Shown here piece by piece: positions 8,975 to 19,754 of a stretch of DNA of 64,000 nucleotides. The notes beneath the pieces were generated by a model. It had not been told where the DNA came from, made no database searches, and saw only the letters and a list, made by a program, of their open reading frames with translations. The stretch covers positions 96,001 to 160,000 of the forward strand of contig CAVSQB010000019.1 in assembly GCA_963729895.1 (NCBI GenBank), given 5' to 3'. The number at the start of each line of letters is the position of its first letter. The first letter of the stretch is position 1. This DNA comes from an uncultured Fibrobacterota bacterium (GTDB lineage: Bacteria > Fibrobacterota > Chitinivibrionia > Chitinivibrionales > FEN-1185). The position numbers were made by a program, and so were the translations under genes.

Positions 8975-11351
8975 GCGTTTTGGGTTGGAAATCACGGTTG
9001 TTGATAAGGTACATGAGTTCTTCGGTTATCGCCTCTCCGTCGAAGTCCCGCAGGACCCTTTGGCGCGCTTTTGCACCCATGTCTTTTCGCATGCGGGGGT
9101 CGTGCAGGAGGACGCTCATTTTCTCCATCATCTTTTCCACGTTTCTCACCGGTACGATGAACCCGGTTTCGTTGTCCACAACCGAGTCGATGCATCCGAT
9201 TGCGTCCGTGGTTATTACCGGAAGCCTCATTGCCGCGGCCTCCAGCACCACATTGGGAAACCCTTCCCTGTACGACGGCAGAACAAAGATATCCATGATT
9301 GCGTAATACGATTCCGGGTCGTCCACGGGTTCGATGAGCCGAATGAAGGGGTCGCTTTCAATCTTGTCGAACACATTCTGAGGAAGCTGGTCGCGCGGTT
9401 CCTTTCTGGGTCCGATGAGCAGAAGAACGCACGGGACCGGGTCTTTGCCGAGGCCGTTGTAGGCCTTTACAAGTTCGATTATCCCCTTCTCTTTTACGAG
9501 CCTGCCCATGTACCCGAACACCACCGCTTCTTCCGGAATGTGCAGCGCCTGCCTGAGCTTGAGGACGTTGTGCGCGCCGATTTTTTCCGGCACGAACCTG
9601 GCCTTTGCATCCACGCCCTGGTTTGTGCCGCGGCCCAGTATACCCATCTTGTCCGGCCGGCACAGCTTCTTGAGCGACATGTACCTGAGATTGGACCGGC
9701 TCATCATGATCACCTTGTGGGAGCACGCGCACGATAGCAGCTCCGCAAGAAGCAGGACCTTTTCGGTAACGCCCTTTCTTCCGTAGTACACCTGGCCGAA
9801 AACGGAATATATCCTGAACGGCACCCTCACGAGCAATGCGGCGACCGCGGTGAGCAAAGAGGCCTTGGGTGTGCAATAGTAGACAACGTCGAGGCGAAGC
9901 CGGGCCAGGAGCACGCACAACACCACCAGGGAATACAAATCGGAAAGCACGGAAAAGGTCCTGTGGAACGGCACGCGATGCACCTTGATGCCGTATTTCC
10001 GCTCAACGTCCGGCGCGGAAATCCATTCGTCGCCCGCCGACGAAATAAAGAACACCTCGAAACCGTCCTGCCTGAAGCGTTCTATCTGGTTGGAAAACAA
10101 ATGGTACAGCGTAGTGGGCACCGAGCTGACTATTGCCATCCGCCTGCGCGGAAACACGTTGCTCTTTTCGCACAGCCGCCGCACCGTCTCCTCGAGCGCC
10201 GCGCGCACGCCGGCCGGATCGAACGTGCGCAGCACAAATGCGCGGCCGCTGCGGCCGAGCGCGGCCCTGAGCGGGGCGTCGGCGTACAGCTTCTCCATTT
10301 TGTCAACCATAGCGCCGGTGTACTTGACGGGAACGACATAGCCGGTTTCGTTGTCGAGCACCGAGTCCACGCACCCGAGCGCGCTGGTGGTGATCACCGG
10401 CAGTTCCATGGCCGCGGCCTCGAGCACCGCGTTGGGCAGGCCTTCCCGGTGCGAGGGAAACACAAACACGTCGAAGAGACAGTAAAACTCGTACGGGTCG
10501 TTCACCTCGTCGACCACGTGCACCGACGGCTCCCGCGCCATGCCGGAAAGGCACTCGGCCGAGACCGCGCCCCTCGCCTCCTTGTGGCCCACAATAAAAA
10601 GGTGCGCGTTTTTCTTGCCGGGCACAAAGCGCTTCCACGCGGCGAACAGGTCTTCTATGCCTTTGTCCTTTACGATGCGGCCCGTAAACCCGTACACCAC
10701 GTCGTTGTCCCTCACGCCGTACTGCGCCCGGAGCGCGGCGATGCGGGCCGGGTCGGCGTGTGCGCGCGTAAACTTGCCGCGGCCGTCAACGCCGTGGCTC
10801 GACCCGTTGCACAGAATGGAAATCTTTTCGGCCGGGCATATCCCGTTCGCAACCATGAAGTCGCGGTTTGATTTGCTCACGCACAGCACCACGCTGGCGA
10901 GCCTGCACGCCCACATGGTGACAAACGAAAGCAGCGTCCATACGATGCCCGACGCCTCGTAGTACGCGATGCCGCGGACAAGGTAGATGCGCACCGGCAC
11001 CGCCGCGCACCACCCGGCGATAAGCGACAGCACCGCGGCCTTGGGCGTGCTCGCGTGGAGCACGGCCGGCTTTATCCGGCGCATGAGAAAATAGAGATGC
11101 ACAAGGGAACGAAGGTCGGCAAGGACGTTCATGGCGCGCGTGAGCGGTACCTTGTGGACCGGAACGCCGAACGCCTCCCTCACGTCGGAAAACTTTTTCC
11201 AGCTTCCTTCGCCCGAGGCGATCTCCACGCCGTATCCTTTTTCCTTGAGATACGGGACTTGCTCCCGGAAAAAGGACCAGGCGGTTTCCGCCACGGTGAC
11301 GCAGATGAGGATTTTAGGCTTTTGCTTTTGGTACATTGAATATGACGGCAA
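8964..11351 (-). CDS. Tandem (two-domain) GT4 glycosyltransferase
   Basis: Two homologous halves, each with TPKA.L, GR.VK.KGI and PS.REG.PN.VLEAAAM.LPVIT motifs. Confidence 0.9.
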   Translation of the reverse strand: MPSYSMYQKQKPKILICVTVAETAWSFFREQVPYLKEKGYGVEIASGEGSWKKFSDVREAFGVPVHKVPLTRAMNVLADLRSLVHLYFLMRRIKPAVLHASTPKAAVLSLIAGWCAAVPVRIYLVRGIAYYEASGIVWTLLSFVTMWACRLASVVLCVSKSNRDFMVANGICPAEKISILCNGSSHGVDGRGKFTRAHADPARIAALRAQYGVRDNDVVYGFTGRIVKDKGIEDLFAAWKRFVPGKKNAHLFIVGHKEARGAVSAECLSGMAREPSVHVVDEVNDPYEFYCLFDVFVFPSHREGLPNAVLEAAAMELPVITTSALGCVDSVLDNETGYVVPVKYTGAMVDKMEKLYADAPLRAALGRSGRAFVLRTFDPAGVRAALEETVRRLCEKSNVFPRRRMAIVSSVPTTLYHLFSNQIERFRQDGFEVFFISSAGDEWISAPDVERKYGIKVHRVPFHRTFSVLSDLYSLVVLCVLLARLRLDVVYYCTPKASLLTAVAALLVRVPFRIYSVFGQVYYGRKGVTEKVLLLAELLSCACSHKVIMMSRSNLRYMSLKKLCRPDKMGILGRGTNQGVDAKARFVPEKIGAHNVLKLRQALHIPEEAVVFGYMGRLVKEKGIIELVKAYNGLGKDPVPCVLLLIGPRKEPRDQLPQNVFDKIESDPFIRLIEPVDDPESYYAIMDIFVLPSYREGFPNVVLEAAAMRLPVITTDAIGCIDSVVDNETGFIVPVRNVEKMMEKMSVLLHDPRMRKDMGAKARQRVLRDFDGEAITEELMYLINNRDFQPKTHGA

Positions 11352-11411
11352 TTCTTACTGTGAAAGATGGTTCAATATTCGTGAATGTGAAAAGCGTTTG
11401 ACGGACGAACA

Positions 11412-12692
11412 CTACGGCAGACGTTTCGGCAGCGCTTGCATACCAACAGGGGCGATTGCCAGTGCACTACGAGCCATGGCTTTTCGCCGCCGACGTTTCT
11501 CCTTGTCAAAAAATATCTGCGAGCGTACAGAGGCATAGAACAGGATGATGCAGGGAAGCACCATACATTTCTCACGCACGGTAAGGCCGAAATTCGTGTA
11601 GGCCATACCCATGATAACGCTGCTGAATATGCAATACATCAACAGGCCGTACTTGTACGGAATCAGTTTGGACGATCTGAATACCTTCCAGTTAAAAAGG
11701 AAATAAAGCAGAAAAAACTGGTACAGAATATTTTCAACCGCCGACCCGAATTGAATCGGTTTCCTCGCCTGCCATATAAAGGGACTGCCAAGGAACTGCA
11801 CCAGGTAATACGGCGCGAGCAGGATCTTGAATTTCCCGGCCCTTCCCGTGCCTGCGCCGCCAAAATCCAAGTTCTCAGAACTTGATTCCATCCTGCTCAC
11901 CCCTGCACTATAGACGCCTCCGAGCCCGGTTGTCGATTCGACGGCGGGCTCCAACCCTATGTACTCGAATATTTTCTGGTGAGCTGCGAGAAACCCGACG
12001 GCCACGACCACCAAAAGTACTATCGTGCGCACAGATATCACCTGCCGCTCCAACACAACCCCGATTCCAAATCCGACAAAGAGGAAAAGTAAGACGTGCG
12101 GCCGGACAAAATAGACTACGACCCCGCCCGCGATGATCGAAACCACGGTTTTCACCTTGTCCGGGCCGTTTGTCACGCCGTACAAGATAAGCATGAGGCC
12201 GAAATAGACTATTGAATCCTTTCCAAGGTTGCTTGTCCAGAAAACCATGTTCGGAAGAAAGAACGAGAGGAGATAAAGCTCTATTTTGCTTTTGCGGGAC
12301 GCGTACAGCGGCTTTAGTGTCCGGTAGAAAATCATTGATCCGCAAAAGCCGAGAAACGAAAACGGCACGCACAGCATCAGGTACCGGTTATCAAACATAA
12401 CGACAAGATGGTGGAGCAATGCAGCCACGTTGCAGACGCAGCCGGTTCCCGGCGTAAAGAGGTCTTGCCAAATGATATTCCCGGCCTCGGCGTAATTGAA
12501 GTACATGGAGGTATCCGCCGAGGTGGTGAGGGTGTAGGCGTAGTACCCATACGTCATCGCGATTCGGAAAAGGAGACCGAGAGTAAAAACCCGAATTTCC
12601 TTGTTGCCGTATTTCACAAAATGGCAAAACAGGAAGATGGCCATTTCGCCCAGAACAAAATATACCGTCAAAAAGACAAGAAGATCGAACAT
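11412..12692 (-). CDS. Polytopic membrane protein, putative Wzy polysaccharide polymerase
   Basis: Many TM segments, FLP..VFWTS.LGKDS and RPH motifs, located in the polysaccharide cluster. Confidence 0.65.
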   Translation of the reverse strand: MFDLLVFLTVYFVLGEMAIFLFCHFVKYGNKEIRVFTLGLLFRIAMTYGYYAYTLTTSADTSMYFNYAEAGNIIWQDLFTPGTGCVCNVAALLHHLVVMFDNRYLMLCVPFSFLGFCGSMIFYRTLKPLYASRKSKIELYLLSFFLPNMVFWTSNLGKDSIVYFGLMLILYGVTNGPDKVKTVVSIIAGGVVVYFVRPHVLLFLFVGFGIGVVLERQVISVRTIVLLVVVAVGFLAAHQKIFEYIGLEPAVESTTGLGGVYSAGVSRMESSSENLDFGGAGTGRAGKFKILLAPYYLVQFLGSPFIWQARKPIQFGSAVENILYQFFLLYFLFNWKVFRSSKLIPYKYGLLMYCIFSSVIMGMAYTNFGLTVREKCMVLPCIILFYASVRSQIFFDKEKRRRRKAMARSALAIAPVGMQALPKRLP

Positions 12693-12779
12693 GGTTTTAC
12701 TCGGGTATCCGCTTTCGGCGGGGTATCAAAAGGCCGGATCGTTCGACAGGCTCAGGTGACATTGAACCCGCGATCATAT

Positions 12780-13904
12780 TTATGGTTGTCGTCGGCTGTC
12801 CAGCAATTGCCCATACACTTTTAAAGTGCTTTCCGCAGTTGCTTTCCATGTATACTGCCTGAGTTTTTGGGAACCGATTCCGACAGACGCCGATCTTAAC
12901 TCCCTATTTTCAATCAAGGCGCCGACAACCGAAGCGATGTGAGGCGGACTTAAGGGATCGAACATGGCCTCAGGAAAACCGTACACTTCCTGAAACACGG
13001 GGATGCGTGAAGCTGCAACGGGAACATTGCACGCAAAGGCTTCCAGCAACGGTATGCCGAAGCCCTCGTAAAGGGACGGAAAAACAAACAGGTCGGCATG
13101 TGTATAGTAGGCCGCCAGCAAGGTATCATCGACTTGATCGGTAAAAACAACTCTTTGTCTTCTTTCAACGGCACTTTTGAGTTTGTCAACAATTCCGCTT
13201 GAACCGTAATTCTTGCCGACAATGATAAGATCATGGCGAAAATTGGGATCCCGGCAGAGAATATTGAACGCGCGTATCAGGTTCAGATGATTCTTGTGTT
13301 TGGCAAGATGGCCGACCGTCAGAATATAGGGGCGGGCGTGGGGGGAATTTCCGGTTTTGTTGACGTTAAAATGTGAAGCATTGATCCCGTTGCAGCTTAG
13401 TGAAATTTTTTGGCTGCAAAAGGGATAATAAGAAATTATCCTGCTCATGCTGAATTCGGACACCGTCATAATGTGGTCCGCCCGCTTGAGCGCACTATTG
13501 CGAAAAAAGCGCAATAAGAAACGATGTGCGGAGCCGTAGGTTTCAGGAAGGTCAAGCTCTCGTACATCATGGACGGTGAGGGTGACTTTCCTTTTGAATA
13601 CGGGAATAGCAAAATTGAAACACTGTAAAAGATCAATTCTCGGAGTATAGCTTTCAAAGTATGTGGTAAACATTGTCCTAAAATATCGAAGTAGACCCGG
13701 ATTGGTGGGAATGCTCGTCCTGACGGAATTGCTTGCGCCAAAATAATCAATCGCCCGTTCGGGAGCATCGCTTGGCAAGAATACCGTATACTTGTTTACT
13801 TTGTCGATTTTAATGAGTTCGGAATAGAGATTATGACAATATTTGCCTGCTCCGGAATACCATTGATAAGGAATCAATACGAACCCAATATGCATTTGCA
13901 ACAC
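12780..13904 (-). CDS. GT4 glycosyltransferase
   Basis: TVHD, TVSEFS, FPSLYEGFGIPLLEA motifs. Confidence 0.9.
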   Translation of the reverse strand: MLQMHIGFVLIPYQWYSGAGKYCHNLYSELIKIDKVNKYTVFLPSDAPERAIDYFGASNSVRTSIPTNPGLLRYFRTMFTTYFESYTPRIDLLQCFNFAIPVFKRKVTLTVHDVRELDLPETYGSAHRFLLRFFRNSALKRADHIMTVSEFSMSRIISYYPFCSQKISLSCNGINASHFNVNKTGNSPHARPYILTVGHLAKHKNHLNLIRAFNILCRDPNFRHDLIIVGKNYGSSGIVDKLKSAVERRQRVVFTDQVDDTLLAAYYTHADLFVFPSLYEGFGIPLLEAFACNVPVAASRIPVFQEVYGFPEAMFDPLSPPHIASVVGALIENRELRSASVGIGSQKLRQYTWKATAESTLKVYGQLLDSRRQP

Positions 13905-14334
13905 GCCTTGAAATAGGTGGTTATCTGCGGATTAACTTTCTTACTCTTTCAATGACTGCCGAAACCAGAAATGCAGGATTTAAATACGCCCTTTGTTGGA
14001 GATTCAACATGAAATAGGCAGGGTTGGATACGATAAGCCGCCGCCTCACGGCGCTATTATATGCGTTGACGGATGTCTCGATTGTACCGGCCAATTCGTT
14101 AAATCGCGCCTGCGTCATATGCGGAGTGAATTTGATCGTTCGGTTACGGTGATGCATGAGATGAAGGGGAACTTCGGGCATCAAACCTTGTTCAACAACT
14201 TCATCATAGAGCTGGGTACCGGGGTACGGAATCAGAAAGGAAATAACCGCGCCAACTTCTCCATTCGGTCCTATTTCATAAATAAAACCTAAATCCGTGA
14301 GAAAAACTTTGGCATTTTGATGATTTTTCGTGTA

Positions 14335-15628
14335 GGGGACCTCTAAAAATTCTGTAAAATAGTAGATTCCAAGATCATGTTGACAGATAGTATTATTTCG
14401 CGATGTCAGGGCGTCTATTTGTCTGATAGGTGCCCAAAACTGTTCTTTTTTCGGTCCCTTTGGGGGCCTTGTGCGGTCCTGTCCCGCTTTTCAGGCGTGG
14501 CACTCAAGATATGCAAAGCGTTTTATGTTGTAAACCAGGTTCAGGAGTCCTATCTTCGCCGCGGCCCTCAGCCGCCCGATACACCTGATCCTGCCACGAA
14601 ACATGATTTCTATTTGAGCAAACACATGTTCTATACGCGATCTGACTTTGGATTTCTTCCGGTTCTGTGCCAATTGTGCTTCCGTCAATGGTGCGCCACG
14701 AGTCCCTTTGACACATATTTTGCTTCTGTACCAGAGATAATCAAGCCTTTGTTCCGCCTTTTCCGAATGATACGCGCTGTCGGCAAACACGTCCGCGTTC
14801 GTGTTCTCAGGATTAAGGAGAGGTTCAAGCATATTGGAGTCGTGCACTTCTGCGGATGTCGCCGCATAGTCTCGAATGATTTTATGCTTCGCGTCTACCG
14901 ACGCATGGTTCTTGTAGCCAAAAAACGTCTGATCGTTCTTCTTCGTCCATCGCGCATCAACATCTTTCTGACGAAGTTTCTCAGGGTGCTTTTCCCATTC
15001 CTGCGGCGTGCCCCCGTTCTTGATTTCTTTATTCTCCTCCCGCGTGTTTCTCTGGCGAGGTACCTCGACAAAACTCGCATCTATTATTTGGCCTTTCTGG
15101 GCAGTGTAACCCGCTTCGTTCAACTGACGACCGAACAGGTCAAACAGCTTCTTGACAACGCCTGCTTGTGTCAGCGTTTCCCGAAACAACCAGACCGTTT
15201 TCTCGTCGGGAATGCTATCCTCGGAAGTGAGTTCAAGAAACCGTTTGAACGTCAATCGGTCCAGAATCTGAAACTGGGTTTGCGCATCGGAAAGCCCATA
15301 CATCGTCTGCAACACGAGAATCTTGAACATCAGGATATAATCGTACGGTGGACGACCGGCGTTGCTCTTCCGTTCCTTGCGAAAAGCCTTGTCAATAACA
15401 GGACGAAAACTCTTCCAACGTATGGCCCGATTGATGGTTTCAAGAGGGTCTCCCATTTCGGAAAGCTCGGAAAGGCGATTCTCAAGGTCAAAAAGGCCTA
15501 TCTGTCCCATCGCAATATCCTCCAGACGGTAGTGGGTTCGCAGGTTTGTTGTCTGGAATTAAAATAATTGACGAAATAGCCTTTGTCAAGCATTAATTGG
15601 GCAAATTAGGCAATTTTTAGAGGTCCCC
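14335..15628 (-). mobile_element. IS5-family insertion sequence nested in the left end of IS1380 copy 3
   Basis: Perfect 17-bp IR GGGGACCTCTAAAAATT; direct repeat TGTA at 14331-14334 and 15629-15632. Confidence 0.9.
14491..15510 (-). CDS. IS5-family transposase
   Basis: GRPPYD, IIDASFV, DVDARW.KK, GYKNH, ADSAY, RSRIEHVF motifs. Confidence 0.92.
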   Translation of the reverse strand: MGQIGLFDLENRLSELSEMGDPLETINRAIRWKSFRPVIDKAFRKERKSNAGRPPYDYILMFKILVLQTMYGLSDAQTQFQILDRLTFKRFLELTSEDSIPDEKTVWLFRETLTQAGVVKKLFDLFGRQLNEAGYTAQKGQIIDASFVEVPRQRNTREENKEIKNGGTPQEWEKHPEKLRQKDVDARWTKKNDQTFFGYKNHASVDAKHKIIRDYAATSAEVHDSNMLEPLLNPENTNADVFADSAYHSEKAEQRLDYLWYRSKICVKGTRGAPLTEAQLAQNRKKSKVRSRIEHVFAQIEIMFRGRIRCIGRLRAAAKIGLLNLVYNIKRFAYLECHA

Positions 15629-15659
15629 TGTAGATTAAGGGTGAATGGTGCTTGACTAA

Positions 15660-17021
15660 ATGGCAGTTCACATTATTCACCCGGAAGGTGTCATGCCAAA
15701 GCCGAGAAAGTTGATAATCACGGAGACGGACGAGTTTCTGACCAGCCATGGTGGAATGGCAATGATCGGGATGCTTGCGGAGCGATCCGGTTTGCGCGAG
15801 CGTGTTTCGCAGGTTACTCCGGACAAGAAGAGCGGGAGTATAAGCACCGCGGACGCGCTGCTGACCATGACGGGGCTTTTGTGTCTTGCCAAACCAGACT
15901 TTGACGGGGTCGAGCAGTTTCGTGAAGACGACTATTTTCAGGAGATGCTTGGATTGAAAGCGGTTCCTTCCGAGGCTACACTGCGGCAGCGAATGGACGA
16001 AACGGGCCTGACCGTTCAAAACGCAGTCCTTTCCGCTTCGGCGTCCCTGTTGAAAAAAGCAGCGCCACGGCTCACCGCCTGCTTTGGACCGTATATTCCG
16101 ATTGACGCTGACGTATCTCCTTTTGACAACAGTGGTTCTCATAAGGAAGGCGTAAGCTGCACGTACAAGTTGTTCGAGGGATATTCTCCGATGCTTGCCT
16201 ACATAGGCGTGGAAGGCTACCTGCTGAACGCGGAGTTGCGCGAAGGGAAACAACATTGCCAGGAAGGAACTCCGGAGTTTCTGCGCAAGACCATAGCCCT
16301 TGCTCGAAAAATAACGGATCGTTCGATCCTTGTGCGTCTTGATGCCGGACATGACGATATTGAAAACATGCGAGTCTGCCGCAAGGAAAAGGTCGATTAC
16401 ATAATCAAACGGAACATACGCAGGGAATCTATTGACGAATGGCTCGTGGATGCTCAAGCGCTCGGTGACTGGCGTCATCCTCGTGAAGGCAAGACCGTGT
16501 ACGTTGGTGAGACAATACGGGAAAGAAACGGCGAAAACATGCGCGTTGTGTTCGAGGTGATCGAACGGACAATCGACCGCGACGGAAACGCCTTGCTGCT
16601 GCCGGATGTAGAGGTTCACACGTGGTGGACGAGCCTGAGCAGACGCAACGCCGGCCCGGACGACGTTATTGCAGCGTACCGGGATCATGGCACCAGCGAG
16701 CAGTTTCACTCGGAGCTGAAGAGTGATATGGCGCTGGAGCGGCTTCCCAGCGGGAAGTTCACGACCAACGCATTGGTGTTGACGTTGGCGGTTCTTGCGT
16801 TCAACATGCTGCGGCTCTGCGGCCAAGTTGGAATCGACAAGGGGTACGTGCCGCGTAAGAAAGTTGCACGCCGGAGATTGCGGAAGGTCATTCAGGATCT
16901 TATGTACATAGCAGCACGCGTGATAACGCATGCCCGCCGGTTGATGCTTGCCCTGTCGCGGCGGAATCAACTCCGCATAGCGTGGACGCAAACGTATCTG
17001 GCGTTCGCCACGGATGGCTGA
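15660..17021 (+). CDS. IS1380-family DDE transposase
   Basis: Translation identical to the other two copies. Confidence 0.9.
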   Translation: MAVHIIHPEGVMPKPRKLIITETDEFLTSHGGMAMIGMLAERSGLRERVSQVTPDKKSGSISTADALLTMTGLLCLAKPDFDGVEQFREDDYFQEMLGLKAVPSEATLRQRMDETGLTVQNAVLSASASLLKKAAPRLTACFGPYIPIDADVSPFDNSGSHKEGVSCTYKLFEGYSPMLAYIGVEGYLLNAELREGKQHCQEGTPEFLRKTIALARKITDRSILVRLDAGHDDIENMRVCRKEKVDYIIKRNIRRESIDEWLVDAQALGDWRHPREGKTVYVGETIRERNGENMRVVFEVIERTIDRDGNALLLPDVEVHTWWTSLSRRNAGPDDVIAAYRDHGTSEQFHSELKSDMALERLPSGKFTTNALVLTLAVLAFNMLRLCGQVGIDKGYVPRKKVARRRLRKVIQDLMYIAARVITHARRLMLALSRRNQLRIAWTQTYLAFATDG

Positions 17022-18479
17022 CCTAAGGAGAGCAATAAACGGAAATAGACCCGTAACCAAACAAACGTCGCCACCGACACGTTGAGTGTATTTGTCAACC
17101 ATGGGGTCAGAAGCGCAAATCATAGTGGAATCACCCCGGCAACAACTTATCAAGAAGCCTTAGCAACCATATTCGTTCTTGTCAACGCCGTCAATTTGTT
17201 TTTAATAACCTTATCTCACGGAATCAGGTAAAATCAAGGGTTTTTTTCATTTCCCTTTCTGTTTCCCAGGGAAATCCAAACATGAAAAAGCCGTTGAGAA
17301 GAATTCTCCGCTTTTTAATAAGAGCAGCCGCGCGGCGGATCTGGTCTTTGGTCACTCCCTTTTTGACTCTCTTGAGCGTTTCGTCGTTGCCGGATTCAAC
17401 CCCTAGCGTTATTGACCGGCACCCCGCCTTTTTCATTTTTATCAAGAGCTTTTCCGTTACTATATTGGCCCTGGTTTCACACCGCCACAAGATGGAAAGC
17501 TTGCGTTCTATCATCAAGTTGAGCACTTGGTCGCATTTGTTTGAATCCAGCCCAAAGGTATCATCATCAAAAACGAACATCTTGACCCCAAACCGTTCCT
17601 TCAACTGTTCAATTTCCTCAACCACATATTCCGCAGACTGATAGCGGACCTTGCGCCCCCAAAGCTTGTTGGAATCGCAATAGGTACATTGGAAGGGGCA
17701 ACCGCGGCTGGTGAAAAGCCTGCTGTATGCGTAGGGAGGCATCGTAACACCATCGTCGATTGATGTGTACAAATGCTTCGCGGGGTGCGGCAATTCGTCA
17801 AGATTCTCAACAAGACAGGCGTCGGGATTATGAACCACCTTGGCTCCATCCCTGTATGAAATTCCGCGGACGCCACTGCATGGTCTGTTTTCCACGAGAC
17901 ATTCAATCAGATTGGTGAAGGTCTTTTCGCCTTCTCCCCGTACGACAAAATCCACGGTCATGTCGTTGTTCTCAAATGCCAATTCCGGCTTAACCGTGAC
18001 GCCGATTCCACCCCAGACAACCAAAGCTTGAGGGTTTATTTTTTTTGCGATGCGGGAAAGCATGCGTGCGGCCGGGAACTGGGTTATCATCACCGAAATC
18101 CCAAGGATATCGAACGGGTTCCTTTGGAGAAACCGCTCCAGCGCCGTCCACACAAAATACGAGGAGTCGTTAAGGTTCTTCTCGTAGGCGGTTTCGTTGC
18201 CGTAAGAATCGGGCTGTAAATACCCATGAAAAGTCAGCGAATCGGGATTAATGATTTTTGTAGCGTATCCCTTTTCCTCAAGAACCGCGGCCACGCAGGA
18301 GATGCCGGTCGGAATACAGGTAAGATTGGCGCCGAATAAACTGTACCACGGGACAGTTGATAAAAGAATCCTGGGTTTTTTAACAAGCATAGCCGGAAAC
18401 TGCCTCTTTTGGGAAGGTTAAAACCGATTATTCAACGTACCCGTCCAACCCGCGGAAGTTGAGAATGCCGATAAACGGC

Positions 18480-19277
18480 TTAGACGCAATGCAAATGGCC
18501 GGAGGAGGCTTTTGCACAATTTGTTTTTGTGATATTCTCGCCACGTTCAATATGAAAATTAGAATACCCGGCATTCTCCAGGAAATTCACAATGGTTGAG
18601 GCGTTCTCTTGTTTTTGCTTTTCGTCAAGACCGTGCATCTCAATAAGAAGTTGCGGCTTGACGCTCTTTATAAGTTTCGTCATCCCGCACAAAACTTCGT
18701 ATTCGAAACCCTCCACATCAATCTTGACCATATCCGGATAAGGGAGGGATCTGGTCGCCACCACATTGTCGAGCGTGTCGATTTCTATTTCTTCCTGTCT
18801 GCTGCCCTTTGCGGCCTTGATTTGTCCGGCAATAGTCGGGTCAAAGGAGGCCCTTGACGTATTCTGAGGATCAAAAGTCAAAACTTTTCTTTGATGGCCG
18901 TTTCCCAAACCCATGGCGATTACGGTCAGCTTATTTGAGTCCAATTTGTTAATCCTGACGTTTTCGAGAATGTCGTCGCAATTCTCCCGTATCGGATCGA
19001 AAGCCACAACCCGGCCCAATCCTCCCGCGTTTTTTAGAAAGTAAAGCGTAAAGGCGCCGAAGTTCGCTCCAACGTCATAAATAATCTTATCGCGGGTTTG
19101 CAGTTTCTTGACATACATATCTTCTTTGGAATCGGCTGAGTTCAACAAACCCACTATTCCAAGCCCGCCTTTTCGCTTGAATCCTTTGGCTATCCCGAAT
19201 CGAATCGTAGATATTCTGTTGTTCAAATAGTATTTGCCCAGGGGCGATCTTTTTAAGGCCAATAGAAATTTGTACAT
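18480..19277 (-). CDS. FkbM-family methyltransferase
   Basis: YDVGANFG and KIDVEGFE motifs. Confidence 0.88.
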   Translation of the reverse strand: MYKFLLALKRSPLGKYYLNNRISTIRFGIAKGFKRKGGLGIVGLLNSADSKEDMYVKKLQTRDKIIYDVGANFGAFTLYFLKNAGGLGRVVAFDPIRENCDDILENVRINKLDSNKLTVIAMGLGNGHQRKVLTFDPQNTSRASFDPTIAGQIKAAKGSRQEEIEIDTLDNVVATRSLPYPDMVKIDVEGFEYEVLCGMTKLIKSVKPQLLIEMHGLDEKQKQENASTIVNFLENAGYSNFHIERGENITKTNCAKASSGHLHCV

Positions 19278-19299
19278 AGACTGCTTCCTTTGAAACGCT

Positions 19300-19740
19300 T
19301 CAGCGCAATTGACTATTATTTTTTCCGATTATATGGGCCGGGTTCCCCGCAACACTGCAATACGGTGGAACCGAATGGGTTACCACGCTGCCTGCACCCA
19401 CAATTGATTTCCGGCCAATAGAAACATTGCCAAGAATCACCGAATGCGGATAGATAATTACGTCGTCCTCTATGGTCGGAGAACCTTTGTTGTTGCCCGT
19501 CTTCTTGATAGCGATTGTTACATTATGGTACATAGTAATATTGGCGCCGATCTTTGAATCGGGGTGGATGATTATGTTGTAGGGATGAACAAGGGACAAC
19601 CCGTTTTCAAAAAACCTCAACGGTATTTCCAGGTGGAACAGAAATCTGAAGCAAACCTGCAACGGCTTGAAGAAGATGGACCGCGACCGAAATGCCTTAT
19701 TTACGAGAATATCCAACCTGCCGGGTCCGTCATATGCCAT
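19300..19740 (-). CDS. Serine-acetyltransferase-like hexapeptide-repeat O-acetyltransferase
   Basis: Hexapeptide repeats; GAGSVVT..VP....AGNPA. Confidence 0.85.
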   Translation of the reverse strand: MAYDGPGRLDILVNKAFRSRSIFFKPLQVCFRFLFHLEIPLRFFENGLSLVHPYNIIIHPDSKIGANITMYHNVTIAIKKTGNNKGSPTIEDDVIIYPHSVILGNVSIGRKSIVGAGSVVTHSVPPYCSVAGNPAHIIGKNNSQLR

Positions 19741-19754
19741 ATAATTCCCTTTTG

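Larger units (their letters stand above)
14288..17228 (+). mobile_element. IS1380-family IS, copy 3 (inverted), carrying a nested IS5
   Basis: IRs CCTAAATCCGTGAGA / TCTCACGGAATCAGG; direct repeat TAAAA at 14283-14287 and 17229-17233. Confidence 0.9.
13921..18390 (-). pseudogene. B12-binding radical SAM enzyme interrupted by IS1380 copy 3 (N-terminal part 17229-18390, C-terminal part 13921-14287)
   Basis: N-terminal part has SRGCPFQCTYC and GVESG. Removing the IS and one TAAAA repeat restores the frame ...KKTLDF-IYEIGPNGEVGAVISFLIPYPGTQLY... to the stop at 13921. Confidence 0.9.

Noticed and set aside
14377..15567. Long antisense ORFs over the IS5 transposases (also 42169-43389)
   Set aside because: In-register shadows of genuine transposase genes.
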